Positions 30,111 to 39,756 of a stretch of DNA of 44,297 nt are shown here, piece after piece. Source of the DNA: Candidatus Poribacteria bacterium (GTDB taxonomy: Bacteria; Poribacteria; WGA-4E; PCPOR2b); contig JAKZSX010000373.1 of NCBI GenBank assembly GCA_047517405.1, forward strand, positions 1 through 44,297, written 5' to 3'. Every line of letters begins with the position of its first letter. The first letter of the stretch is position 1. Both the position numbers and the translations under genes were made by a program. The notes under the pieces are model-generated. The model was given only the letters and a program-made list of their open reading frames with translations, had not been told where the DNA came from and made no database searches.

Positions 30111-30140
30111 TTGACAATCTTGAAGTGGATGGTGTATCTT
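30111..30140 (+). promoter_or_regulatory. sigma70 promoter for ffh
   Basis: TTGACA-18 nt-TATCTT, back-to-back with the divergent promoter. Confidence 0.65.
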
Positions 30141-30213
30141 AACTGGTTTGCAAGGAACGTATTCATGGATTCATCTGAGTCATACACATTACGTCTCACG
30201 CAAAGGAAATGTC

Positions 30214-31605
30214 ATGTTTGAAAGTTTGACGAGCAAATTGCAAGGCGTTCTCAAAACGCTACAAGGTCAAGGCAAACTGACCGAAAAAAATATATCTGAT
30301 GCGTTACGTCAGGTACGTCTCGCATTGCTTGAGGCAGATGTAGATTACAAGACTGTCCGTGAATTTATCAGCCGTGTCAGGGCAAGATCTATCGGTCAGG
30401 AAATGCTCGGCAGCTTCACCTCAGATCTTCAAATAGCAAAAATAATTGGCGATGAGCTTACAAAACTGATGGGGGAGGAAGCTGCACCAGTCGCCATAGC
30501 ACCTAGTGGTCCAACAATTATTATGCTGGTCGGTCTACAGGGCGGTGGGAAAACGACAGCTTCAGCCAAACTTGCACTGAGATTTAAATCAGAAGGCAGA
30601 AATCCCCTTTTGGTCGCAGCAGATATTTATCGCCCGGCCGCGATTAAACAGCTGCAGCTGCTCGGGGAACAGATTGATGTTCCCGTATTCTCTATGGGAA
30701 CTGAGTTTCCCCCTGTGACCATTATTCAAGGCGCAGTCAAGCAGGCGTTGAAGCGTGGGAATAATTTCGTCATCATTGACACAGCTGGCAGACTACATAT
30801 TGACGAAGAATTGATGGATGAATTGCGAGAGGTTAAGTCCGCCGTCAATCCAACCGAAATTTTGCTTGTCGTTGATGCGATGACAGGACAAGATGCGGTC
30901 AATGTCGCCCAGCACTTTAACGATAACCTAGAAATTAACGGTGTTATCCTGACCAAGTTGGATGGCGATGCGCGCGGTGGTGCGGCGCTGTCCATTCGTG
31001 CCGTAACACAGAAACCGATTAAGTTTGTTGGTGTTGGCGAGAAGATTGATGCGACGACGTTGGAGGAGTTTCATCCGGATCGGATGGCTTCTCGGATACT
31101 CGGGGAGGGTGACTTTGCGACCCTGGTCGAAAGAGCCGAAGCGGTTTTTAGCGACGATCAAGCGGAAGAGCTAGAGCGTAAGCTGCTTGAGCAAGAGGGT
31201 TTAGATTTCAATGATCTGCTAATGCAGCTTGAGCAGATCAAGAATATGGGGCCATTGGATCAACTCGTCGAGATGATTCCCGGCGTCAATAAGCTTCCGA
31301 TGAAAAACATGCAGGTTGATGAATCGCAGTTGAAGTACACCAAAGCGATGATTCAGTCAATGACACCGATGGAACGTCGGAATTCACGTCTCCTTGATAG
31401 CAGCCGTCGGCTGCGGATTGCCAAGGGAAGCGGAACAACGGTTCGCCAGGTCAATCAACTGGTAGATCAACTCAAATTCATGAATCGCATGATGAAGCAA
31501 CCCCCGATGATGGATGTGCCTCAACTTGGAGGCGGCGGTGGTGCTAGTAAAATTAGAAGAAAACCAAAGAAAGGCAAAAAAAGGAAAAGGCGTAAATCAC
31601 GCTAA
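30214..31605 (+). CDS. ffh: Signal recognition particle protein
   Basis: ALLEADV, GLQGGGKTT, DTAGR, TKLDGDARGG, M domain with RIAKGSG. Confidence 0.98.
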   Translation: MFESLTSKLQGVLKTLQGQGKLTEKNISDALRQVRLALLEADVDYKTVREFISRVRARSIGQEMLGSFTSDLQIAKIIGDELTKLMGEEAAPVAIAPSGPTIIMLVGLQGGGKTTASAKLALRFKSEGRNPLLVAADIYRPAAIKQLQLLGEQIDVPVFSMGTEFPPVTIIQGAVKQALKRGNNFVIIDTAGRLHIDEELMDELREVKSAVNPTEILLVVDAMTGQDAVNVAQHFNDNLEINGVILTKLDGDARGGAALSIRAVTQKPIKFVGVGEKIDATTLEEFHPDRMASRILGEGDFATLVERAEAVFSDDQAEELERKLLEQEGLDFNDLLMQLEQIKNMGPLDQLVEMIPGVNKLPMKNMQVDESQLKYTKAMIQSMTPMERRNSRLLDSSRRLRIAKGSGTTVRQVNQLVDQLKFMNRMMKQPPMMDVPQLGGGGGASKIRRKPKKGKKRKRRKSR

Positions 31606-31798
31606 GCTTAGGGTACGGTTTACTTTATTCATTATCACTATAATGCGCAAATTATGTGAGGATGACAGCCAGAATTGAAACGTGAAAACCTCTTACCATC
31701 AAATTTGAGGCTATGCTTCATGCGAGAGGTGGTGAGATATGTTTTTAGCTGGATGGATATAGTGATAGCACAAACTTTTACGGAATAGGAGATAACAT

Positions 31799-32188
31799 TT
31801 GGCAGTACGAATTAGACTTCAGCGGCATGGAAAGAAAAGACGTCCTTTTTATCGGTTGGTAGCCGCTGACTCTCGAAGTCAAAGAGATGGACGTTTTATC
31901 GAACGGATTGGGTATTATGATCCGATGACTGATCCGGCAAATATCGTAATTGACACGGAAAAGGCATTAAAATGGTTGAGAACTGGTGCACAACCTTCTA
32001 ACACAGCCAAAGACCTCATGTCAAAAGCTGGCGTTTGGGAACAATTTACAAACGAAAAACTGGGGCAACCCAGCCCAACTCCAGAGGCAGAGGCAGAGGC
32101 AGAGACAACGGCTGCGTCAGAAGAAGCTTCCGGTGCAGCAGCAGAAGAATCCGCCTCCACTGAAGGATCAACAGAAGAGGCAACATAG
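31799..32188 (+). CDS. rpsP: 30S ribosomal protein S16
   Basis: [29 protein letters not shown]; TTG start; acidic tail. Confidence 0.97.
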   Translation: MAVRIRLQRHGKKRRPFYRLVAADSRSQRDGRFIERIGYYDPMTDPANIVIDTEKALKWLRTGAQPSNTAKDLMSKAGVWEQFTNEKLGQPSPTPEAEAEAETTAASEEASGAAAEESASTEGSTEEAT

Positions 32189-32216
32189 TGTAAAATCGTA
32201 TTTTTAGGGGAATCTC

Positions 32217-32468
32217 ATGCTTAAAGATTTGATTGAATATCTCGCAAAATCGCTCGTTGATTATCCAGATCAGGTTAGCGTGAACGAAGTCGAGGGTAAC
32301 ACTGTGACCATTCTCGAACTGAGCGTTGTTCCTGAAGATTTGGGAAAAGTCATCGGGAAACAGGGACGCACAGCCAAGGCGATGCGATCTCTGCTGCTTG
32401 CTGCGGGAGTCAAAGCACGTAAAAAAGCAATACTTGAGATTGTCGAACACCGTCAAGTGGTAGAGTAA
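32217..32468 (+). CDS. khpA: KH-domain RNA-binding protein
   Basis: DLGKVIGKQGRTAKAMR; follows rpsP. Confidence 0.93.
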   Translation: MLKDLIEYLAKSLVDYPDQVSVNEVEGNTVTILELSVVPEDLGKVIGKQGRTAKAMRSLLLAAGVKARKKAILEIVEHRQVVE

Positions 32469-32515
32469 GCGTTTGCGATCCTACCGACTCACTATGATGA
32501 ATGAGTGGAAGATAT

Positions 32516-32923
32516 ATGTCTGTTATTGTTAAAAGGCCTGTTATTTTGAAAAATATTGTGACCCCCGCTTTCAAGGAACAACTCACGAAGGAGTTGGAAC
32601 TCACAATTCGCCAGATTGAAACATGGTTGCAGCAAGAGGAATTCCAAAGCCGACGTTTGATTGCGGAAGCCCAAAAGCGCGATCCTCGTCGTGTCAATCA
32701 CTTGCGCGAGGAAATTCACCAAGAACGTGAGAAACAGGAGCAGGTAAAAAACAATCTGAGCCAGAAATTAGTGCAGGTTGAGCAGCTTGAGATTGATACT
32801 CTTTTTACCAGCGGCACGTATGATGCGCCTGTTAAAATTGAGGTTGGGGATGACATCCGCGCGAAACTGTCTCAGGCAGAAGTTATCGTCAAAGATGGAA
32901 TTGTCGTCCAAGTCATTGAATGA
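32516..32923 (+). CDS. YlqD family protein
   Basis: IVKRPVILKNIVTPAFKE, coiled coil, EVIVKDGIVV; same position as in the Bacillus rpsP operon. Confidence 0.85.
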   Translation: MSVIVKRPVILKNIVTPAFKEQLTKELELTIRQIETWLQQEEFQSRRLIAEAQKRDPRRVNHLREEIHQEREKQEQVKNNLSQKLVQVEQLEIDTLFTSGTYDAPVKIEVGDDIRAKLSQAEVIVKDGIVVQVIE

Positions 32924-33663
32924 AAATAGACATTATCACTATTTTTCCAGAGGTCATCCTGCCGGTGCTGCAGGCTGGTATCTTGAAGCGTGCACAAGCT
33001 AGAGACATATTGACAGTCAAGGTTCACAACCTGCGTGATTTCACGACAGACCGGCATCAATCGGTTGATGACTATCCTTACGGAGGCGGCGCAGGCATGA
33101 TTCTGAAACCAGAGCCGCTTTTTGCCGCAATCAGAGCACTGCATCCGGAATCAACTGCACGTGTCATTTGCCTGACCCCGCAAGGAACCCCCTTTAACCA
33201 GTTGTTGGCAGAAGCCTTCTCCCTTGAATCGCATCTTATCTTGATCTGCGGACGCTACAAAGGTATTGACGAACGGGTGCGAATTAAGCTGGTCACAGAT
33301 GAGATTTCGATAGGCGATTATGTCCTCAGCGGTGGAGAGATTCCGGCACTGGTCTTGGTTGATGCGATTGGTCGAGTGTTGCCGCGTGCGTTGGGGAATT
33401 ACGAATCGGCACAGGAGGACTCATTTAGTCAGGCCTTACTAGATTGTCCACATTACACGCGTCCCGCTGAGTTTGAGGGAATGAAGGTCCCTGACATCTT
33501 GTTAAGCGGGCACCATGAAAGAATCACACTTTGGCAACACAAACAGTCTCTCAAGCGGACTGCTGAACGCCGTCCGGACCTGCTCAAAAACACCGAGCTC
33601 TCGGCTGACGATGTTGCCTATCTGAATTCCCTGAAAAATTCAGATGTAACAAGTCATACGTAA
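32920..33663 (+). CDS. trmD: tRNA (guanine-N1)-methyltransferase
   Basis: VDDYPYGGGAGM, CGRYKGIDER, SIGDYVLSGGE, PHYTRP. Confidence 0.98.
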   Translation: MKIDIITIFPEVILPVLQAGILKRAQARDILTVKVHNLRDFTTDRHQSVDDYPYGGGAGMILKPEPLFAAIRALHPESTARVICLTPQGTPFNQLLAEAFSLESHLILICGRYKGIDERVRIKLVTDEISIGDYVLSGGEIPALVLVDAIGRVLPRALGNYESAQEDSFSQALLDCPHYTRPAEFEGMKVPDILLSGHHERITLWQHKQSLKRTAERRPDLLKNTELSADDVAYLNSLKNSDVTSHT

Positions 33664-33799
33664 AACATAAGAAGAATTTTTTGTCTGGATTTTCCCGCAG
33701 TCCGCGCCATACTAGCAGCAAAGACAATCCCTCATTTCTTGCTGACATCATGGGCAATTTCGAGGCAATAAACACCCAAATGAAAGGAGGAATCAAGCA

Positions 33800-34141
33800 A
33801 TGAATCTTATAGAATCTGTTGAGAGCGAATATGCGAAAACCGATATTCCTAATTTTGGACCTGGCGATCTCGTGCGGGTCAACACCCTTATCCGAGAGGG
33901 TTCAAAAGAACGTATCCAAGCTTATGAAGGAACAGTGATTCGGCGATCGAATGGTGGGTTGAGCGAGACATTTACCGTCCGCCGTGTTGCTTATGGTGAA
34001 GGGAGTGAAAGGACATTTCCGGCACATTCACCAAATATTGAAAGCATCCAGGTTATTCGATACGGTGCTATCCGCCGCGCAAAATTGTACTACCTACGAA
34101 ACCGAACCGGAAGATCTGCACGAATCCGCGAGAAGAGGTAA
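33800..34141 (+). CDS. rplS: 50S ribosomal protein L19
   Basis: [30 protein letters not shown]. Confidence 0.98.
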   Translation: MNLIESVESEYAKTDIPNFGPGDLVRVNTLIREGSKERIQAYEGTVIRRSNGGLSETFTVRRVAYGEGSERTFPAHSPNIESIQVIRYGAIRRAKLYYLRNRTGRSARIREKR

Positions 34142-34145
34142 ACCA

Positions 34146-34763
34146 CTGATAAGAAGTAGACGGGACTATTCAGCCGAGATACAACAGTTTGAACAAACCC
34201 TACGACAGCAGGGCTATCAGCGCATTGCAGGGATTGATGAGGCTGGGCGAGGAGCATTAGCGGGTCCCGTTGTCGCAGCAGCCGTTATTCTCCCGATCAA
34301 CTGTCGGATTTCAGGCGTGACAGATTCAAAGCAGCTGACACCCAAACAGCGGGCTAGATTGTTTGACGAGATTTATCATACAGCCACAGCGGTGGGTGTC
34401 GGTCGCATTAACAACAAGGAGATTGATCAGATTAACATTCTCCAAGCTACAATGGGTGCAATGGCTCAGGCTATTGCACAAATCACGCCTTCTCCGGATT
34501 ACGCACTTGTGGATGGGACACATCTACCTGAGATTTCTCTGCCTGCCGAAGCGATTCCGAAGGGAGACACCCTCGTCCATTCTATTGCTGCTGCCTCCAT
34601 TATTGCAAAAGTTACTCGAGATCGCCTGATGATTGAATTCGATGAAATCTATCCGGGCTACGGCTTCCAAAGCCACAAAGGATACGGTACACTTCTGCAT
34701 CGCCAAGCAATTGCCCAGCTCGGACCTTGCCCTATCCATCGGCGTAGTTTTAAGCTTCAGTGA
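34146..34763 (+). CDS. rnhB: Ribonuclease HII (start uncertain, probably non-canonical)
   Basis: GIDEAGRGALAGPV, DSK, LVDG, SIAAASIIAKVTRD, HKGYGT, HRRSF. Confidence 0.93.
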   Translation: MIRSRRDYSAEIQQFEQTLRQQGYQRIAGIDEAGRGALAGPVVAAAVILPINCRISGVTDSKQLTPKQRARLFDEIYHTATAVGVGRINNKEIDQINILQATMGAMAQAIAQITPSPDYALVDGTHLPEISLPAEAIPKGDTLVHSIAAASIIAKVTRDRLMIEFDEIYPGYGFQSHKGYGTLLHRQAIAQLGPCPIHRRSFKLQ

Positions 34764-34764
34764 G

Positions 34765-35145
34765 ATGAGTCATTCCAGAATTAAGGTGGGAAAAATCGGA
34801 GAAACCCTTGCCATCGAACATTTCAAAGCGCAAGGATATGAAATTCGTGCACAGAACTATCGTACGCGCTCAGGTGAGATTGATCTCATCGTTCAACGTG
34901 GAAAACGGGTTGTGTTCGTTGAAGTCAAGACACGGCGGAGCCGTAAGTTCGGCATACCACAGGCAGCTGTTACTCCTACCAAACAGAAACAAATCTCTAA
35001 GGTTGCGCTGAATTATCTGCAAACCCACAATCTCCTAGATGTCCCTTGTCAATTCGACGTTGTTGCAATTGTTCTGTCGTGGAAGTTTGAACTCATCAAC
35101 CTTCACCACATCGAGAATGCGTTTGAGTTCTGTGCTGACGAGTGA
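34765..35145 (+). CDS. YraN family protein
   Basis: GKIGE, GEIDLI, FVEVKTR, FDVVAI. Confidence 0.92.
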   Translation: MSHSRIKVGKIGETLAIEHFKAQGYEIRAQNYRTRSGEIDLIVQRGKRVVFVEVKTRRSRKFGIPQAAVTPTKQKQISKVALNYLQTHNLLDVPCQFDVVAIVLSWKFELINLHHIENAFEFCADE

Positions 35146-35219
35146 TGACCCCTCGCGTAGTTGCGCTGATTTTTGGCTATAGTTGTGTAGCATATTTCTA
35201 TAACAGCAATTTGGCGAAG

Positions 35220-36080
35220 TTATTTCTCGCGCAAACTGGAGAGCATATTTCGGAGATAAACAGCATCCTCTTTCGCCCACTGTTCCAGATTCGGCGGGGT
35301 GGTTTCCGCGTACCCAACCTGACGAATAATCGATTCATCGAAGCGGTACTCCGTATGCACCGTTAAGGGTCCCTCAAAACCGCTTTTGCATAGAAGCCCC
35401 AAATAACGCTCCCAATCGACACATCCGTCTCCCACCTTTACAAAACAAGGAACATAAGGAGGGGTATGATCAGGCTGTGGGAGATAGAGGGCATCTTTGA
35501 TTCCGATAACGGACAGGTAATCTCCGATCATCGCCAATCCCATTGCCCAATCCTCGCCATCAAGCGCGAGATGTCCGGGATCCGGATAGGCACCGACATG
35601 CTGCGGATCGAAACCGTTAATGAGGTGCATCAACCCTGCACAGTTTGATCCAATACATGCGCCACTGTGAATCTGATAGCAGGTTTGCACCCCATATTGT
35701 TCACTGAACGCACTAAACCCTTCAAGATCCCTACGCGCGGCATCAACCACCTGCCAATAATCGTCTCCTTCGCTAAACCTCCAGAATCCGATCTTGAGGC
35801 GCGGTATGCCCGCTTCCGCACAGGCTGCGTATAACCTCTCTACCTCCGGGGCATTCGGATTTGTTATATCCGTCGCCGCTGTCGCCAACGGACAAGTGAG
35901 GTTCTGTCCATCCCAAACTTTCATCGCTTTGGGGAGGGTTTCAATCACGTTATCGACTTGGATAGGATGTCCTGGACGGACACAGATATCCACCCCATCG
36001 TAGCCGAGTTCAATGGCTTTCTCGCCAAGTTGTTCCACAGATAGTTCCGTAAAGAACTTAGAATTGAGTACGATTTCCAT
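35220..36080 (-). CDS. Sugar phosphate isomerase/epimerase (TIM barrel)
   Basis: GYDGVDICVRPG, DPGH, IKD, GFEGPLTVHTEY. Confidence 0.85.
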   Translation of the reverse strand: MEIVLNSKFFTELSVEQLGEKAIELGYDGVDICVRPGHPIQVDNVIETLPKAMKVWDGQNLTCPLATAATDITNPNAPEVERLYAACAEAGIPRLKIGFWRFSEGDDYWQVVDAARRDLEGFSAFSEQYGVQTCYQIHSGACIGSNCAGLMHLINGFDPQHVGAYPDPGHLALDGEDWAMGLAMIGDYLSVIGIKDALYLPQPDHTPPYVPCFVKVGDGCVDWERYLGLLCKSGFEGPLTVHTEYRFDESIIRQVGYAETTPPNLEQWAKEDAVYLRNMLSSLREK

Positions 36081-36119
36081 TTAGGGTTCCTCCCGATGAA
36101 ATTGTTTATAATATCTAAT

Positions 36120-36230
36120 CAACTGCCTGTTGTCCTGCTGCAAGCGACGTAGATTTTCTTCGCCTTCGCCGTCAGAAAGGGTCAGGAATGATTCCAACCT
36201 AACGTCAACGCCGATGGCGGATTGGACTTC
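36120..36230 (-). pseudogene. TnpB (IS200/IS605) RuvC-I remnant
   Basis: Minus-strand translation SAIGVDVRLESFLTLSDGEGEENLRRLQQ resembles the TnpB GxDxG..F...SdG....NP motif. Confidence 0.6.
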
Positions 36231-36246
36231 TACGATGTAAGGCTAC

Positions 36247-37833
36247 CTAATCGCGATGGAAATGCTTACCCGGAAGATACTTAATCTCTAACTCGACATC
36301 GCGGACGTAGCACAAAGGAGTCACCTCAGGATCGCGCAGCAGCAGCGTAACTTCGAGGACGTTGTTCCCTTTTTGGGGCCAATGACTTGGGTCAAGACGG
36401 TAGATGAACCAGTAGCCTGAACCGGTGCGATAACGTGGTGCCCGCATCCGGTACATCTCATTGATTTTGCGCAGCAGATGTGCTGGCAACTCTACTCCGT
36501 TGAGTTGAAACCGCAGCCGGTCGTTTTCGGTGATGTTCATGATTCGCACGCGTAGGAGCACCTCGTGGACTCTACCCACCCGCTCCCACCGGGGAAGATC
36601 GTCGCTAATTGTCAAGTCTAACTGGACGGGGACGTTCACAACCAAGTTGGCGGGCAATTGTGATGTCAGTCTCTCTCCAGATTCAGGACTCGGAAAGCGA
36701 CCGGTTTCCGTGGGGATATGGTAGAATTTATCTTTGGGTGCCATAATATCGGGGTGAGGTAATTCACGAAGTTTTTCATAGAACGAGGCTCCATAGGGCC
36801 AGTTCGTGAACCACTGACTGATATACAGTCCATCAATGCCTTGATCCCAGTAGTTGCAAGCCGCGGCACGAATCATTTCAATCGATGCTTCGCCCAAGCG
36901 GTCAGAGTCTACGTTGCTATCAATAGCAGCATGAATACGGCACTTCGTTCCTCTAGCAGACTCTACTAAGAAACGGAGATCATCAAGCAGGGGTGCTTCA
37001 TACGTCAGAGAAGTACCGTTTGGGTCCCGCAACTCGGGCCTCGAAATAGCTTGGGCGATGAGAACATCCACGATGCCCTGCCGCATCCATTCTTGCGGGT
37101 CTAGCCCACGGGACAGACAGATCTCGACATTGGACGGGATGCTGATTGCTAACTCTCGCTCGGAGCCACTTCTTTTTACTGCCTTATAGACCGTTCCAAC
37201 CCACTCGGTCATGATCTGACGCCCTTCATCCACTTCATCTGGGTGGAAGTAGTGGGGCCAAAAATTGAATTGGAGTTCAAATCCATCGACTTCATAGTTG
37301 GTAAGCACCTCTGAGATGAGCGCGAATCGCTCATCGCGTACAGCTTGGTGCATGAAATCAGCACAGTGAATACCGGGGAACATGGGATCTATGTTGCCCT
37401 TTACACCGATTTCTAGATGCTTGTTATCCAATCGAAAATCCGAGCTGCGAACATCGTACCCGCCTCCCCCTCGCTCGCCGCTTTCTAACTGCATCAGCAG
37501 CGTGGGATAGATCAGTAACCCCACATCATGGGCGCGGTTGCAGATCACCCGCAAAGGGTCGTTGTCCTCTTGGATCAGATGCAGTGCATTCTGGTATGCC
37601 CGACGGAAGATAAGGTGGTGCCATTTTTGGACATTATGCCCCCACAGCTCGCCAACCTCCGTATCATGTAGGACCGTCCGCCCGTCGCCCAAGCAAAACA
37701 TTAGTGCCTCGACAGGAGTACCAGCCAACTCGTCAACTGCTGCTTCGCACTCCTCTTTCTGCATCGCAGGCTCGTACATGTAGAGCAGCGGATGTCTTCC
37801 GTCATGGTAGAACATGATGCGTGGCTTTCGCAT
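36247..37833 (-). CDS. Glycoside-hydrolase-like TIM-barrel protein with C-terminal beta-sandwich
   Basis: YHDGRH N-terminus, ADFMHQAVRD, YEVDGFELQF, GIDGLY (GHL10-like pattern). Confidence 0.65.
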   Translation of the reverse strand: MRKPRIMFYHDGRHPLLYMYEPAMQKEECEAAVDELAGTPVEALMFCLGDGRTVLHDTEVGELWGHNVQKWHHLIFRRAYQNALHLIQEDNDPLRVICNRAHDVGLLIYPTLLMQLESGERGGGGYDVRSSDFRLDNKHLEIGVKGNIDPMFPGIHCADFMHQAVRDERFALISEVLTNYEVDGFELQFNFWPHYFHPDEVDEGRQIMTEWVGTVYKAVKRSGSERELAISIPSNVEICLSRGLDPQEWMRQGIVDVLIAQAISRPELRDPNGTSLTYEAPLLDDLRFLVESARGTKCRIHAAIDSNVDSDRLGEASIEMIRAAACNYWDQGIDGLYISQWFTNWPYGASFYEKLRELPHPDIMAPKDKFYHIPTETGRFPSPESGERLTSQLPANLVVNVPVQLDLTISDDLPRWERVGRVHEVLLRVRIMNITENDRLRFQLNGVELPAHLLRKINEMYRMRAPRYRTGSGYWFIYRLDPSHWPQKGNNVLEVTLLLRDPEVTPLCYVRDVELEIKYLPGKHFHRD

Positions 37834-37967
37834 TGTAGATCCCTTCATTTGAGATAACCGATTTTGTAGTCAGGACTGGTGAACTCCTATTTTGCCACGA
37901 TGCCCTTCCAAAAGTCAAGGAGATACCTATGTTAGATTCCGAAGGAAAAAGTGAACCATTTTCTTTT

Positions 37968-38196
37968 CGTTCATATCAAAAGAAAGTGCAAAACGCAAAG
38001 AGCGTGAAACGTGATGCGTGAAACGTGAAAACCATCTGTTCATTAGTTCATTGGTGCAGTCAGGCTAGGAAGCCCGACCTACGGGACTCGTAGAAAAAGG
38101 AAGCGCAAAACGCAAAGAGAAACCGAGTTTTTGGCAGTAAGGAACAACGATCGTTGTTCCCTACGGTTTCTGTTGCACGGTTTCTTAACATTAGCC
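37968..38196. repeat. Expanded family-A MITE-like element
   Basis: Duplicated AAG(T/C)GCAAAACGCAAAGAG, GTGAAAC heptamer run, two GTAG-type hairpins, right end TTTCTTAACATTAGCC. Confidence 0.7.
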
Positions 38197-38334
38197 TCCC
38201 TTTTTTAGATCTCTTTTCTGAGCAATTCTTGCTATAATTTACTTTACGTTGGTGGAGGGCAAAATGGAATAGAATCTAAGGAGATACAGCACTATTGTGA
38301 GGCTGTCCAACTTATGGGCGAAAGGAGCGCTATC

Positions 38335-39756
38335 ATGGTCGATCAGCAGTACCTTCTCAATGACGGAGGGGTACAGAACTTCATCAAAAATGGGTATATC
38401 ACAATCCACCCCGATTTGCCCGATGTCCACGAAGAAATTTACCGGGAGACTGCAACAATATTTGAGAAAGAGGGAGATCCGCGGAATCATATCCTTCAAA
38501 AAGTTCCTGCGCTGTATCAGGTTTTTGCCCATCCGACTGTCCGCGGTGTCTTGACCAGCCTTTTGGGACCGAATTACATGATGCACCCACACCGCCACGC
38601 ACATATGAAGCAGCCGGGACAAAAAGGTGGTGCTTGGCATCAAGACGGCAGATCGAAACATTTCACGACGAAAGACCATGGGTGGCTTTTTGAATGGAGA
38701 CGACACCATCGCTTTCGGTCTGTTTGGGCATGGTATTATCCGCAGGAGGTCACCGAGGATATGGGACCAACAGCGGTGATACCGGGGGTGCAGTACTACG
38801 ATTTGGAAAGTATGCGGCACTACAACGATGCATACAGTGATCCAGAGATTGGCGCGCTGCTTTGTGGAAAGGCAGGCACAATAACGATTGGTCACTATCA
38901 TCAGTGGCACAGCAGCTGGGGGGCAAATCACAGCAACAAGAATCGTTACATGATCAAGTTTCTCCTCACCCGCACAGAAGAGCCGCAACAGCCCTCTTGG
39001 AACACCAATGGCATTACTTCAACCAATGCGGAACCACTCACCGGCGATGCGCCGACCCCCGGTCAGGACGCGGTATGGAAGCATGTGTGGGATTGGTTAA
39101 GTGGAGACAATGAGACAATGACAAAAAATGGAGACAGGAATGGAAATCACGTTTCTGAGTTGATTGACACATTGCGCCATGCCTCCGCACCTGCTCGCCT
39201 GAATGCCATTTATACCCTCGGCGCGATTGGCGAACCTGCTGCGGGTCAATTGATAGAGGTGCTACGTCAAACCGCTGAACCCACTGAGATTACGGATGAG
39301 CCTATCTTAACCCATGCGGCGTATGCCTTGAGTGCGATTGGTACAGCCGCTGTTGCCCCGTTAATTTCTGTGCTGAATGACGATGCGGCGTGGTGGGTAC
39401 GTGCAACCGCAGCAGATACCTTGGGAGATATCGGTAAACCTGCCGCAGAAGCTGTTCCCGCGTTGATTCAGGCGTTGGATGATCCGTCCGAGTGGGTGCG
39501 TCGCAATTCAGTGAATGCACTGGGGACAATCGGTGAAGGGATGGACGCATTGATAGCTGCTTCAAAGGATGACCATCCGTTGGTTCGCAGCAATGCGGTG
39601 AACGCACTGGCGAGGACGTGCAAAGAGACTGATAGAGGCATTGACGCTGCTAGCCGTGCGCTATCAACGGTGATGTATGACGATGAGTATGCCATTATCC
39701 GCGAGTACGCGATTAGTGCATTGGGAGAGATAGGATCCATAACCGACAGGGAATAA
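38335..39756 (+). CDS. Phytanoyl-CoA dioxygenase-family domain fused to HEAT repeats
   Basis: WHQD, MGPTAVIPG, distal WH; PBS-lyase HEAT repeats (VRATAADTLGDIG); AAGGAG RBS. Confidence 0.88.
   Translation: MVDQQYLLNDGGVQNFIKNGYITIHPDLPDVHEEIYRETATIFEKEGDPRNHILQKVPALYQVFAHPTVRGVLTSLLGPNYMMHPHRHAHMKQPGQKGGAWHQDGRSKHFTTKDHGWLFEWRRHHRFRSVWAWYYPQEVTEDMGPTAVIPGVQYYDLESMRHYNDAYSDPEIGALLCGKAGTITIGHYHQWHSSWGANHSNKNRYMIKFLLTRTEEPQQPSWNTNGITSTNAEPLTGDAPTPGQDAVWKHVWDWLSGDNETMTKNGDRNGNHVSELIDTLRHASAPARLNAIYTLGAIGEPAAGQLIEVLRQTAEPTEITDEPILTHAAYALSAIGTAAVAPLISVLNDDAAWWVRATAADTLGDIGKPAAEAVPALIQALDDPSEWVRRNSVNALGTIGEGMDALIAASKDDHPLVRSNAVNALARTCKETDRGIDAASRALSTVMYDDEYAIIREYAISALGEIGSITDRE

Noticed and set aside
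31606-31798. SRP RNA (ffs) next to ffh
   Set aside because: The conserved SRP helix-8 motif (CAGG..GNRA..AGCAG) was not found
32075-32188. GAGGCA repeats in rpsP as a phase-variable tract
   Set aside because: They are in-frame Glu-Ala low-complexity tail, which is common in S16
38239-38988. 249-aa antisense ORF and other shadow ORFs (e.g. 15141-15617, 28136-28627, 29508-29993, 40817-41362)
   Set aside because: They lie opposite well-supported genes and show no motifs
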